NCBI GenBank assembly: GCA_963713035.1
Contig: CAVQKB010000004.1
Coordinates: 65,419 to 129,418 of the forward strand
DNA: 64,000 bases
Source: an uncultured Actinomycetota bacterium
GTDB lineage: Bacteria > Actinomycetota > Actinomycetes > Propionibacteriales > Nocardioidaceae
Direction: 5' to 3'
Shown here: piece by piece, positions 32,514-42,575 of the stretch
Position numbering within the stretch: position 1 is the first letter of the stretch
Layout of the letters: the number at the start of each line of letters is the position of its first letter
Notes under the pieces: model-generated
The model's input: the letters and a program-made list of their open reading frames with translations, nothing else
What the model was told of the DNA's origin: nothing
Databases searched by the model: none
Program-made: the position numbers and the translations under genes

Positions 32514-32883
32514 GCGGCTGACGGTGGTGTTCTTGCGCCGGGTTGGAGAGGCCGCTCGTCGGGGCAGCGACCGAGAAGCGCTCGGTCTCGGCCTGGTTGG
32601 CGGCGCCGCTGGTGTCGCGGAAGGAGCCGGCGACGATCGTCAGCGTGTAGGCGCCGGCGGCGAGCTGGCCGGTGAAGCTGTAGCGCCAGAAGTCGGTGCT
32701 GCCGACCCGGACCGGGGCACCGAGGGCGATGACGGTGCCGCCGGGGCCGCGCAGCACGAGCTCGTCGCCGTTGATCGACGAGGCGTCGACGGCGTAGCCG
32801 GAGGTCGGGGAGAACCGGACCTCGAGGTAGCGGCGGCCGTTGATCCAGTCGCGACCCACGGTGGTGCCGTTGGCCGCGGTCAC
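31954..32883 (-). CDS. Giant protein fragment: Ig-like ~100-aa module (real ~32540-32883)
   Basis: 'WINGRRYLEVRFSPTSGYAVDASSINGDELVLRGPGGTVIALGAPVRVGSTDFWRYSFTGQLAAGAYTLTIVAGSFRDTSGAANQAETERFSV'. Confidence 0.75.
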   Translation of the reverse strand: MTAANGTTVGRDWINGRRYLEVRFSPTSGYAVDASSINGDELVLRGPGGTVIALGAPVRVGSTDFWRYSFTGQLAAGAYTLTIVAGSFRDTSGAANQAETERFSVAAPTSGLSNPAQEHHRQPRGHQQPRLGRHHVQARHGRGEHPRPGPRVHPDQLQGRPDRRARRPDAALQDRQGRAASTPSRSPTPTATSSSAGPAAASDSAGSTTAGPTRQAPPSRSTTRSRPARPTTRQPADRRGHDDRRLRQADLDRPELHAGRRREAGHVPPSTGTSWSWPAPVPAASPRSPTPSTARSSGRRHHLPLPAHR

Positions 32884-34528
32884 GGTGCAGGGTCTCGCCG
32901 GCGTCGCAGCCGGCGGAGCGCCGGACCAGGTCGGCCGTCGTGCCGGTGGCGGTGAAGCTCTGGACGTCGTCCCAGCCGGCCGGCGGGCCGCGGGCCGTTC
33001 GGAGGAAGTTGGTGAAGGTGAAGGTGACGGTGATCTCGCCCGGGGCGAAGTCGCCGGCCAGCAGGTAGCGGTAGGTGCCGTTGCCCAGGTCCATACCGGG
33101 AAGTGCTGGCCGCGAACGCCGCCGCGCCCGCGCCGCCGAGCTTGAACTCGTCGCCGTTGATCGCCCCGAGCGCCAGCGCAAGGAGGGCGTGTAGGTGACG
33201 TCGAGGTAGGTCTGCTTGGTGGCCGGGACGTTCACGCTCGAGGGTCTGGCCGCCGAAGGTGGTCGCCGCCGTGGTCGCATCGTCGGAGACGGTGAAGCTG
33301 GCCGAGGGTGCCGCCCGTCAGCGTCGGCGTCGAGGCGTGAGCCGTGGGTCGTGGCGCGGTGGAGCCGGCGCGGGCGACCAGGACGGACGTGAACTGCAGA
33401 CCGGTGCCGATCCGCGCACGGGGCACGCCCGGCGTCTGCAGCGTCACGACCCAGCGGCCGTCCGAGAGCTGGATGCCCGGCAAGAGGACGTCGGGTCGAC
33501 ATCGGCGAACGACCGACCAGCTCGAGCACGGAGGCGGGGTCCAGGGTCCAGCCGGTCTGCCCGGTCGCTCCGGCCGCGAAGGTCACCACCAGGACGTTGT
33601 GGTGTCTTGAGGTGGATCGTGTAGCTGCGCGGTGGCCAGGACGGGGCGCCCTTGAACGACCAGGTGCCCGGCAGGAAGGTGAGCGAGACCGTGCCGGACG
33701 AGCGGCGAAGTTGCCCAGCAGCCAGTAGCGGAAGGTCACGTCCCCGACGGGCAGACGGGACGCCGCTGGGCAGGATGCAGGTCGGTGCCTTGGTGCCGTC
33801 GAGCAGGACCGTGCCGAGCTTGTCCCCGGAGAGCACGAACTCCGGCGCGAGGTCGCGGATCGAGCGGAGGTCGACCACCCGACCGGTGGGCACCTTGAAG
33901 GTGACGTCGATCCAGCCTCGGCCGTTGAGCACGTTGATGTCGATGCTGCTGCCGCGGCCCGGGTCGGTCACGGTCGCCGTACCGGCGGTGACGGAGAAGG
34001 ACAGGTCCAGCGGCGTTGCCGACTCCGGCGCCGCCGTTGACCGGCAACGTTGGCGAAGGCACCCGCAACGATCTGGATCCGGGCCACGCCGGCCTGGATC
34101 CGTCGGTCGTCGAGCAGATAGCGCAGTCGGCTGGAGCCGGTGAGGCGCATCGCCGCTGCCAGGAGCTGGTCGGGCAGGCGCTCTCCATGCCCTGGTCGCG
34201 CCGGGAGAGCGACCACGATCACCGGTGACGCCGTCGAGGGTGTAGTAGGCGCCGAGTACGACGTGCCACCTTCCGTGTAGCTCACCGAGCCGGTCTGCAG
34301 CTCCACGACCCGCGGGCCCGCAGCCGAGGTCACCGTCACCAGTGCCACCGGCTTGGCGACGAAGGTGCGGGCGGTGCTGCCGGCCGCGGTGCGGGTGCCT
34401 CCGGTGTTCATCGAGAACAACGGCGAGCTCTTGCGCTTCAGCAGGGCCAGCCAGTCGACCGTCGCGCCGGGCGCGCGCCTGGAACGCGATGTCGACGTAG
34501 TGCTTGCCGTTGACGAGAGCAGCCTTGC

Positions 34529-35302
34529 TCAGCAGCGTCGACGTCGATGCTGCCGCCATTGCCGACCGGGGCGACACGGTGCCGGTCGGGGCGGGGAGGC
34601 GCCGGTGCCGGTCGACTCGGTGGGGACCGTGAAGGTGACCTGCTGGCCGGAGGCGTCGCGGAAGCCCATCTTGATCTTGCCGTAGAGCGTCAGCACCCGG
34701 ACCTGGTCGGGAATGTCGGCGAGGAACAGGATCGTGACGTTGCCCGAGGAGACCTTCGACAGGTCGGCGTACAGCCGCCCGGAGATCGAGAGGTTGTTGC
34801 CGGCGAAGTTCAGCGAGCCCTTGATCAGGAACTTGCCGTCGGTCGAGATCTTGACCGGGACCTGGCCGTTGAAGACCTGCTCGGAGGTGTAGATCGAGAA
34901 GATCTGGGCCGAGCCGGTGATCACCATCGGGGAGGTGAACGCGGCCAGGAACCCGTCGCTCGGGGTGCCTCGGCGATCGCCCTGGCCTGGTTGGCGACCT
35001 GCGGCTGCAGCGAGTCCAGCCACTCGTCGGCCGTCATGGTGGTCGGCAGCTCGAAGGCGCTGCCCCGCAGCGCGAACGGGTCGTCGATGGAGGGCAGGCT
35101 CTTGAAGAACTCGACGCCGGCCGAGAAGTCGTTGATGGTGAGACCCGAGTTGGGCTCGAGCAGGATGCCGCCGGGGATCTCGACGTTGATGAAGACGCTC
35201 CAGCGGGCCGAGCTCGGAGAGGCCGAGGCGGATGGTGAAGCCGGCCATGCCGGCCATCGAGAAGCCGCCCTGCAGGCCCAGGTAGAAGACCCGCTTGAAC
35301 AC
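34529..35302 (-). CDS. Giant protein fragment: mixed-composition region, not obviously repetitive
   Basis: Real stretches 'FKRVFYLGLQGGFSMAGMAGFTIRLGLSELG' and 'SDGFLAAFTSPMVITGSAQIFSIYTSEQVFNGQVPVKISTDGKFLIKGSLNFAGNNLSISGRLYADLSKVSSGNVTILFLADIPDQVRVLTLYGKIKMGFRDASGQQVTFTVP'. It is richer in F/Y/K/I than the rest of the gene. Confidence 0.7.
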   Translation of the reverse strand: MFKRVFYLGLQGGFSMAGMAGFTIRLGLSELGPLERLHQRRDPRRHPARAQLGSHHQRLLGRRRVLQEPALHRRPVRAAGQRLRAADHHDGRRVAGLAAAAGRQPGQGDRRGTPSDGFLAAFTSPMVITGSAQIFSIYTSEQVFNGQVPVKISTDGKFLIKGSLNFAGNNLSISGRLYADLSKVSSGNVTILFLADIPDQVRVLTLYGKIKMGFRDASGQQVTFTVPTESTGTGASPPRPAPCRPGRQWRQHRRRRC

Positions 35303-35857
35303 CGGGGTGGTCCGGTCGAAGGTGCCGATCAGGGTCTAGTCCGTTGTCGAGCTTGAGGATGCCGCCGATCAGGCCGGCGTTGATCTCGCCGCCGAACATC
35401 TTGCCCTTCACGGTGACGCCGAGCGCGTCGATGCCGATGACCGGGAACTCGCCCGCGGCCAGCAGGGACGGCTGGATCCGGATGCCCTCGACCGAGCCGG
35501 TGAACGCAGCCCTACACGCCCTTGATGCCGGTCACGCTGGCCGAGAGCACCAGCACGAAGTCCTCGGGGTTGTTCTCCGGGTCCTTGCCGGTGGGCCACT
35601 CGACACCGATCGAGTCGATCCGGACCGGCAGGAACGCCGGCCACTTGAACGAGTCCCCGGTCGCGGAGCCGACGTGAGGTAGATCCCGAAGCCGGCCTTG
35701 GCCTTGAACGAGCCGTTGCCCAGGAAGCCGAAGTTGCGGGCCTCGCCGGTGAGGTCCAGCGGGCCCGACCTTCACGCGGGCGGAGACTTGATGAACTCGA
35801 TCAGGAACGCGTCGGCCGAGGCGCCGGTGTCGAGTCGCACGCCGACGGCCGACAGGG

Positions 35858-36335
35858 TCAGGAAGCTGCCCAGGGTGACCTCGAGGGTGTCGACGTCGAG
35901 CTTGAAGGCCTGCACCGGGCCCTGGTCGAAGGTGAGCGTGACCGCAGCGCCTCGTCGTTGTCCGAGCCGTCGGCGAACTTGTCGTCCGCCGTCAGCCGGT
36001 CGGTGACCGAGGCCGTGAACGACTTGCCCGGGAAGAGCGTCGCGCCGCCGGTGGCGACGTAGATGGCTCCGGTGAACCCGGCCGTGGGCTTGCTGAAGTC
36101 GACGGTCAGGCCCTGCACGCCGACCCGCAGGTCCTTGAGCCGCAGGATGCCGAAGAGGTCGATGTCCTTGTCGGTCTCCCCCGCGCTGGTCTTCAGCCCG
36201 TTCGCGGCGCCCGGCGCGAGGCCGTAGGCCAGCTCGGCGGTGCCGAGGCTGAAGCCGTTCTGCCGGATGACCAGGCCCGGCATGATGCCGGTGCCCAGTG
36301 TCGCGTCCTCAGCCGCGTCGACGTTCTTCTTCGGC
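35858..36335 (-). CDS. Giant protein fragment (the real tail of track ORF 35858..37498)
   Basis: 'PKKNVDAAEDATLGTGIMPGLVIRQNGFSLGTAELAYGLAPGAANGLKTSAGETDKDIDLFGILRLKDLRVGVQGLTVDFSKPTAGFTGAIYVATGG...'. Upstream of ~36335 this frame is junk and the real frame is ORF 36193..38004. Confidence 0.7.
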
Positions 36336-38004
36336 CGGGATCGTAGGGGCGGATCCGCCCGGTGAGTCCGAGCTTGGGGAAGGTGATGTCCGCGCTGGCG
36401 ATCCGGAGCAGCTCCTGGGTGCCGTCGTCCTTGGCGGGAGCCGGGTCGTAGTTGAAGACCACGCCCTGGGCGGTGAGGGTCGCGACGTCGGGGATGACGG
36501 CCTCGAGGGAGGCGATCCGCAGGCCCCACTTGCCGGTGGGCTCGATCCGCACGTTGCCGCTGAGCAGGCCGAGGGCGTCGACGGCCAGGTCGAAGGTGCC
36601 CTGGACGCCGAGCAGGTCGACGGTGACACCGGAGCCGGTCTGAGCGCCCGTCGTCCCGGTGCCGTCGGCCTTGCGCCCGAAGTCGAGGGAGGCCCGGTTG
36701 ACCCCCAGCGCGATGGTCAGCACCAGCAGGCCGTCGGCGAAGCCGACGTCGGCGATCCCGACCGTGGGGTCCTGCAACGTCAGCGGACCGAGGTTCATCC
36801 CGCCGCCGGAAGAGCCGGCGCCCGGCGTCGCGGGGTCGAGCGTGAACGTCTGGGTGAGTCCGGGGATGTTCTTGCCGGTGGTGTCCAGCACGTTGCTGGT
36901 GGCCAACGCGGTCGTCCACGCCGGGTCGGCGGCGCTGCCCAGGAACTGCACCGTGATGGATCCGGTCTTGAACAGGTCGACGCTGTTCTTGGTGTCCCGG
37001 TCCTTGAAGAAGTAGCGGTAGGTGACCACCTGGGCGTCCGCGGCGCGTCCGCTGATCAGCAGCGGCATCCCGACCAGGACGGGCGCGCCGGCGGCGTCGA
37101 GCAGCACGTCGGCCAGGCCGGTGCCGGTGAGCTTGAACTCCGCCGCCGCGTCCTCGATCGAGGACTTCCTGATCGCCGAGCCGTCCAGGCTGGTGAACGT
37201 CACGTCGAGGTAGCGACGGGCGTTGAGCGAGGCGGCGGTGAGCCGTTCGCCGTTGAGGGGGCTGGCCAGCGCGGCGACCGGGCCCGGCTTCGCCTCGGCC
37301 GTCGGCACCAGGTAGAACTGCTCGACCTCCGCCAGGCTGCCGATGTTGTTGTTGTCGCTGAAACCGCCGGCCAGGAACCGGATCTCGACGACACCGGCGC
37401 TCGGCAGGGTCCCGGACCAGGCGTACTCCCAGGTGTTGATGCCGGCGACCTTCACCGGCGTGCCCAGGACCAGGTTGGTCTTGACGCCGTTGGCCCACAC
37501 CTCGAACTCGGCGTCCGGGTCGACGATGCTCGAGTCCTTGATGCCCCCGGGGTTGCGGGTGGTGAACGTGACCCGGAAGACACCCCCGCCGGCCGTCGTG
37601 CGGACCTGGCCCAGGGTGCGGATCTGGCCGTTGAGGGGTGCGGCCAGGTCAGCGGTGGGAGGAAGCAGCGGCGCGGTGGCGGGGGTGCCCGGGGACACGG
37701 CCAGGAGGCCGCTCGTGACCCCTGGGAAGAGCGAGAAGCTGTCGACCTTGAAGCCGGCGAGCCGGAAGCCGGTCGTCGGGGAGATCGTGAACGCGGCGTA
37801 GCCCTTCAGGTTGACCACGGTGGTGCTCTGGACCTTGACGGTGACGTCGGCGCCGACGATCGCCAGGTCGAGCGTGCCGTTGGGCTGCCGGGTGACGATC
37901 AGCGTGCCGCCGATGTCGAGGACGCCGGCGACGCCGAACTTGGTGATGGTCGCGCGCAGCTCGTAGGTCTGCTTGGCGACCGTGACCCCGGTGGAGACCA
38001 CCAC
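36193..38004 (-). CDS. Giant protein fragment, 1.7 kb intact (real ~36330-38004): ~100-aa Ig-like 'YLDVTF...YRY...G.F' modules
   Basis: 'LNARRYLDVTFTSLDGSAIRKSSIEDAAAEFKLTGTGLADVLLDAAGAPVLVG...VVTYRYFFKD...GSITVQFLGSA' and 'GVFRVTFTTRNPGGIKDSSIVDPDAEFEVWANG...WEYAWSGTLPSAGVVEIRFLAGGFSDNNN'. Confidence 0.8.
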   Translation of the reverse strand: MVVSTGVTVAKQTYELRATITKFGVAGVLDIGGTLIVTRQPNGTLDLAIVGADVTVKVQSTTVVNLKGYAAFTISPTTGFRLAGFKVDSFSLFPGVTSGLLAVSPGTPATAPLLPPTADLAAPLNGQIRTLGQVRTTAGGGVFRVTFTTRNPGGIKDSSIVDPDAEFEVWANGVKTNLVLGTPVKVAGINTWEYAWSGTLPSAGVVEIRFLAGGFSDNNNIGSLAEVEQFYLVPTAEAKPGPVAALASPLNGERLTAASLNARRYLDVTFTSLDGSAIRKSSIEDAAAEFKLTGTGLADVLLDAAGAPVLVGMPLLISGRAADAQVVTYRYFFKDRDTKNSVDLFKTGSITVQFLGSAADPAWTTALATSNVLDTTGKNIPGLTQTFTLDPATPGAGSSGGGMNLGPLTLQDPTVGIADVGFADGLLVLTIALGVNRASLDFGRKADGTGTTGAQTGSGVTVDLLGVQGTFDLAVDALGLLSGNVRIEPTGKWGLRIASLEAVIPDVATLTAQGVVFNYDPAPAKDDGTQELLRIASADITFPKLGLTGRIRPYDPGRRRTSTRLRTRHWAPASCRAWSSGRTASASAPPSWPTASRRAPRTG

Positions 38005-38277
38005 GTCGGCGTTGGTGGTGTTGACCTGGAAGGCGACGAGCCGGCGAGCGCCAGCCCGTCGAGGCCCAGCAGGGCGATCGATCCGGTGACCCGCAGCGCG
38101 AAACCGGTCGTGCCCTTCTGGAAGTCGATGGTGGCGTTCTTGATCAGCACACCGACCGCGTCGGGGTTGTCGGCGCCGTCCTTCTTCGACGGTCCGCGTC
38201 CGACGAACACCTCGAGGTTGGAGCCGTGGAAGCTGCCGTCGTTGCCGATCGCGAAGTCGCCGCGGATCTCCAGCAGG

Positions 38278-39189
38278 TCACCGAAGTCGAAGGTCGAGGT
38301 CGCGCACAAGGAAGGCGACGTACGGCGGGGTGGCGTTCGCCGCGGCCGGCAGGTCCAGGGTGACCAGGGTGCCGTTGACGTCGACGGTCTCCTTGACGGT
38401 CTTGATCCCGGTGTTGACCGCGATGCCGAGGCTGGCGCCGAGAGCGAACGAGGAGGTGCACCGCTGACGGAGCCGGTCAGCATCATGGCGACGCCCGCGG
38501 GAGTGATGAGGATCAGCCCTTCGGCGCCGGTGACTCCGGGGTCGGACCCGACCTTGGTGATCGAGCCCTTCGCGATCGCGATGCGGGTGACGGTGCCGTC
38601 GGCGTCGACCCCGGTGCCACCGACCTTGCCGTCCGGCCGAGCGTGGTGGCGCGCTCGAAGAAGAGGTCGGCGCGGAGTGCGACACCGCCGATGGTGATCT
38701 GGGTGTCGAAGGCGGTGGCCCGGAGGAACGGACCGGCCGGGAGGTTGAGGACGACGGGGGCGCCGTCGAGGCCGACCGTTCCTTGACCGTGGCGCGCTGG
38801 TTGTTGATCTCCACGGTGAGCTTGGAGCTGAAGCTACCGCCGATCTTCGCCTTGAGCGGGTCGGTCAGGGCGACGGTGCCGGTGATCTTGCCGGCCAGCC
38901 CACCGGGTGCCAGAAGCAGCAGCCCGCTGCCGTTGTTGACCGTGACCCCGAGATTGGCGGCGACGTCGCCGAGGAACAGGCTGACCGAGCTGAAGGCGAT
39001 CCGGATCACCTTGGTGCCTGCGGCCGTGGTCACCTGCTCGAAGGCGAAGATCCCCTGGATCGTCTGGCCCATCACGGTCATGGTCGCGAGTGCGCCAGAT
39101 GCGCCGGCCTGGACCCGGAAGTAGCCGGCCGGGAGCACGTCGGTGCCGACCGTGACCGGCTGCGTCCCGGTGTTCATCCGGAAGGACAC
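38278..39189 (-). CDS. Giant protein fragment: ~130-aa modules (real at both ends, junk in the middle)
   Basis: 'VLPAGYFRVQAGASGALATMTVMGQTIQGIFAFEQVTTAAGTKVIRIAFSSVSLFLG', then Arg/Ser/Pro junk, then 'GIAVNTGIKTVKETVDVNGTLVTLDLPAAANATPPYVAFLV'. Confidence 0.7.
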   Translation of the reverse strand: MSFRMNTGTQPVTVGTDVLPAGYFRVQAGASGALATMTVMGQTIQGIFAFEQVTTAAGTKVIRIAFSSVSLFLGDVAANLGVTVNNGSGLLLLAPGGLAGKITGTVALTDPLKAKIGGSFSSKLTVEINNQRATVKERSASTAPPSSSTSRPVRSSGPPPSTPRSPSAVSHSAPTSSSSAPPRSAGRQGRWHRGRRRRHRHPHRDREGLDHQGRVRPRSHRRRRADPHHSRGRRHDADRLRQRCTSSFALGASLGIAVNTGIKTVKETVDVNGTLVTLDLPAAANATPPYVAFLVRDLDLRLR

Positions 39190-39401
39190 GGAGGGGACGC
39201 CGAGGAGAAGTCCGAGCTGAACCCGGCCGCCACGGCGATGGAGGCGGTGAGGCTCTCAGCAACCCCGGTGCGGGTGACGAGCAGGTCGCCGGTGAGCCCG
39301 ACCGTGAGGAAGGTCTGGGTCTCCGCTGCCGAGCTCTAGCTTCATGCCGGTCAGGCTGAGCCGGATGTCCGACCCGGTCCTGCTCACCACGAAGGCACCG
39401 G

Positions 39402-39851
39402 TCAGTCGCTGTCCGGCGACCTGGAGCATGAGGCGGTACCGCGCACCGTGAAGGTCGGCGTGGTGCCGGTGGTGTCGAGCGTCAGCGTGAAGGCGCCGGA
39501 GACGACGACGCCGGGCACGTCGAAGGCGACCGTGGCCGCGATGTCGCCGCGGACGCCCTTGCCCGCGATGGTCAGCTCGCGGTGTCCGTCGGTGACCAGC
39601 ACCACCGGCCGGTCGCCGGCCCCGAGGCGCAGGGTCGCGTTGGCGAAGCGGAGGACGGTCTTCTTCGAGGTTCCGGCGCCGCTCTGCTCCACCTCGAGGT
39701 CGGTGCAGCAGTGGCCTCCCAGGTCGACCGCCACCCCGGTGGCGGCCACCTTGAGGTAGCCGGGGCCCTTGGGCAGGTCGAGGGCCAGCGTCTCGCCTCC
39801 GACGACGAACTGCTGGTGGACGGCGACGTTGCGCTGGTTGATCTCCAGCAC
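39402..39851 (-). CDS. Giant protein fragment: one ~130-aa module
   Basis: 'LEINQRNVAVHQQFVVGGETLALDLPKGPGYLKVAATGVAVDLGG...LEVEQSGAGTSKKTVLRFANATLRLG'. Confidence 0.7.
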   Translation of the reverse strand: MLEINQRNVAVHQQFVVGGETLALDLPKGPGYLKVAATGVAVDLGGHCCTDLEVEQSGAGTSKKTVLRFANATLRLGAGDRPVVLVTDGHRELTIAGKGVRGDIAATVAFDVPGVVVSGAFTLTLDTTGTTPTFTVRGTASCSRSPDSD

Positions 39852-40990
39852 GGCGCTGCCGATCGAGGCCGCGGTGTGGTCGACCCGAGGTAGAGACCTG
39901 CGGACCCGGTGACCCGCCCGGCGAAGCCGCCGGTGCTCAGCAGCAGCAGCGCGCTGCCGTTGCTCAGCCGCACGCCGGTGTTGTTGACGGCGTCACCGAG
40001 GAACAGCTCCACCCGGGCGACGGCCAGCTTCAGGACGGTGGCGTCGTCGAGCGTGCCCAGCCGCCCGTCGGCTCCCGCGGTCCGCGCCTGCTCCAGGGAG
40101 AAGACGCCTGCGAGCCGCTGGCCGGCGACGGTGATCGAGAAGGGCTTGGCCGTCGTTCCGATCTGGATGCGCAGGAACGGGCCGGCCGGCAGGTCGAGGC
40201 CGAGCGCGCTGTCCCGGACGGGGAGGCCGGTGTTGTTGATCTCGACGCTGAAGGCGATCCCCGCGGGGTCACCGATGCTGATCACGTCCGTGAGCGCTGC
40301 GGGGAACCGGAAGGTCACGGTGGCGGAGAACGATGCCGCCACCCCGGCCGACGTCAGCAGCAGCGAGCCGCTGCCGGTCAGCAGCACGCCTGCGTCGTCG
40401 GCAGTCGTCGCCGTGTCGGCGCCGGCGCCGACGAAGGCGCTCAGGTTGGCGATCGCCAGCGTGACCTTGCGAGTGGTCCCGATGCCGGTCTGCACGAACG
40501 TGAAGTCTCCGCTGATTTTCTGGCCGGCGACGACCAGGCTCATGCCCGAGCCGGACACCGCCACGCCGGGGGCGACCGGTGCACCTCCGCCGTACGTGAC
40601 GCCCTCGATGGTGAGCTCCGGCACGGCCGCGGCGGCGGTGCCGGTGTTCACGGCCAGCGCCAGCGGTCCGCTGAGCTCGAGGCCGGGCACGGAGAGCGCG
40701 ATGGTGCCGGAGATCCGGCCGACCACGGACTTGGTCACCGCCGTCCCGGCACCGGTGGTCAGGATGGCCAGTACGCCGTGGCCCTTGGTCAGGGTGAGGA
40801 TCGGGGTCGACCCGCCGAGTGTGAGTGACAGGTTGTTGACCGCCAGCACGAGGCCCTGTGAGGACTGCTGGAACGCGACGTCCGCCGTCATCGTCTGACC
40901 GCCGATGGTCACCGTGACCCCCGTGGCGGCCACCTGGACGAAGGGACCCGCGGGAAGATCGAGCGCGACGACGAAGTCGCCGAGGGTCAC
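39572..40990 (-). CDS. Giant protein fragment: three ~130-aa modules (real ~39900-40990)
   Basis: 'LDLPAGPFVQVAATGVTVTIGGQTMTADVAFQQ', 'VVAGQKISGDFTFVQ', 'LDLPAGPFLRIQIGTTAKPFSITVAGQRLAGVFSLEQ'. It becomes junk after 'RVTGSAGLYLGS'. Confidence 0.8.
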   Translation of the reverse strand: MTLGDFVVALDLPAGPFVQVAATGVTVTIGGQTMTADVAFQQSSQGLVLAVNNLSLTLGGSTPILTLTKGHGVLAILTTGAGTAVTKSVVGRISGTIALSVPGLELSGPLALAVNTGTAAAAVPELTIEGVTYGGGAPVAPGVAVSGSGMSLVVAGQKISGDFTFVQTGIGTTRKVTLAIANLSAFVGAGADTATTADDAGVLLTGSGSLLLTSAGVAASFSATVTFRFPAALTDVISIGDPAGIAFSVEINNTGLPVRDSALGLDLPAGPFLRIQIGTTAKPFSITVAGQRLAGVFSLEQARTAGADGRLGTLDDATVLKLAVARVELFLGDAVNNTGVRLSNGSALLLLSTGGFAGRVTGSAGLYLGSTTPRPRSAAPCWRSTSATSPSTSSSSSEARRWPSTCPRAPATSRWPPPGWRSTWEATAAPTSRWSRAAPEPRRRPSSASPTRPCASGPATGRWCWSPTDTAS

Positions 40991-42276
40991 CGTCTCCTTG
41001 ACGGGACCGGCGACCCGGTCGAGGGAGAGCGCGAGCTGCCGTCGAGGCGGACGCTGTCGGGCAGCAGACCCGTGAGGTTCACCGTGCCGACGACCCGGGC
41101 GGCGAGGCCGCCGGGCAGCACGACGAGAAGGCCGGAGACACCGCTGAGCAGGTCGGGCCCGGTCGCGGTCAGCTTGACGGTCGCCCCCGAGACGGCGAGC
41201 ACCGTGCGCTTCGCGCCGGTCGAGCCGGCCGCCTGCTCGACCGCGAAGGCGCCGCTGACGGTGGCCTCGCCGACCGTCAGCACCAGGCCGGTGCCCTGCA
41301 GGCGGAAGTAGGGGCCGGCGGGCAGGTAGGTGGAGCCCGGGAGCTGGACCGGACGGGCGCCGGAGTTGATCAGCAGGCTGAGGGTGCCCTTCAGCGTGGC
41401 GCCACCGACGCTCAGCGGAGCGGAGGAGCCGAGCGTCAGCGCGCCGGCGAGCCCGTCGGCTGACGCGACCAGGCTGCCGCTGAAGGCGATCGTGCCGATG
41501 CCGCTGAGGACGACCGACCCGTTGGCGACCGTGACCGTGAAAGTCCGGCTGCCGTCGACGGCAGTGGACTGGACGAGGGTGAGGTCCGCCTCGATCTGCT
41601 GCTCTCCGATGCTCAGCACGACCTTCGTGCCGGCGATCGCGAAGTACCTGCCCGCCGGGACGTCCAGCACGGTCGTGGCGACGGACACCGGGGCGGCATA
41701 GCCGCCCTCGGCCCTGCCCGCGGCCCAGGAGGGCATCCCGGATCCCGAGGAGGTGACGAGGTCGTTGCGGCCGTCGCTGTTGACGTCGCCGTAGACGAAT
41801 CGCGAGGGTGCGCCGGCCTCCGACGTGGCGGTGGCGAAGCGACTGCCGGTGGCGGTGCTGGCGATCGTGGTGTTGAGGGAGGTGGTGCGCCCGGTGGCGG
41901 TCCCGGCCACCAGGTCCAGCCAGCCGTCGCCGTTCACGTCTGCCAGGGCCACCGTGCCGACCGTCCCGGAGATGGTGGTGCCGACCGCCGGGCCGAACCA
42001 GGCGGACGTCGCGCTGCCGGTGCCGCGGAACAGCTGCACGCCCGTTCCGGCCAGGACCAGGTCCAGCTTGCCGTCCTTGTCGACGTCTCCGAGCGCGATC
42101 GCGGACACGGTGCTGGTCCCCGTCGGTCCGTCAACAGGTGTGTCGAAGCCGGTCCAGACGTTGGACCCGTCGACCGCGGCCTTGTTCAGCACGACCTTGG
42201 CCACGTCCCCGACCAGGACGACGGCGTCGAGGTAGCCGTCGCCGTCGATCCGCGCCCAGCGCGATCGCGAGTGCAC
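40987..42276 (-). CDS. Giant protein fragment: FG-GAP cluster B plus two ~130-aa modules
   Basis: 429-aa ORF, real from 'IDGDGYLDAVV' to about 'LPDSVRLDG'. Contains 'LDVPAGRYFAIAGTKVVLSIGEQQIEADLTLVQ' and 'YLPAGPYFRLQGTGLVLTVGEATVSGAFAVEQ'. Confidence 0.8.
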   Translation of the reverse strand: MHSRSRWARIDGDGYLDAVVLVGDVAKVVLNKAAVDGSNVWTGFDTPVDGPTGTSTVSAIALGDVDKDGKLDLVLAGTGVQLFRGTGSATSAWFGPAVGTTISGTVGTVALADVNGDGWLDLVAGTATGRTTSLNTTIASTATGSRFATATSEAGAPSRFVYGDVNSDGRNDLVTSSGSGMPSWAAGRAEGGYAAPVSVATTVLDVPAGRYFAIAGTKVVLSIGEQQIEADLTLVQSTAVDGSRTFTVTVANGSVVLSGIGTIAFSGSLVASADGLAGALTLGSSAPLSVGGATLKGTLSLLINSGARPVQLPGSTYLPAGPYFRLQGTGLVLTVGEATVSGAFAVEQAAGSTGAKRTVLAVSGATVKLTATGPDLLSGVSGLLVVLPGGLAARVVGTVNLTGLLPDSVRLDGSSRSPSTGSPVPSRRR

Positions 42277-42575
42277 TGCCCGGCAGGGTGCTGCTTGGCG
42301 CGCTTGGTGAAGGTGGCGCCGCTTCCGTCGCCCAGCCAGATCTCGGTGTCGGTCTTGGCCCGGCCGATCACCAGGTCGGCGGTGCCGTTGTTGTCGACGT
42401 CTCCGACGGCCAGGGCGGTGATCGCCATGGAGCCGGTGCCCGCGGTGCCTGCGATGACGTAGGCGGGCAGGGTGTCGAACGGGTCGCCCTCGCCGTCCGC
42501 GAGGAAGATGACCACGCCATTCTCCGCGCCGACCAGCAGGTCAGCGCGGCCGTCGCCGTTGACGTCGGCGAGGGT
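41720..42575 (-). other. FG-GAP/VCBS repeat cluster B (6-7 blades)
   Basis: 'DVNGDGRADLLVGA', 'DVDNNGTADLVIGR', 'IDGDGYLDAVVLVG', 'DVDKDGKLDLVLAG', 'DVNGDGWLDLVAGT', 'DVNSDGRNDLVTSS'. Confidence 0.75.
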
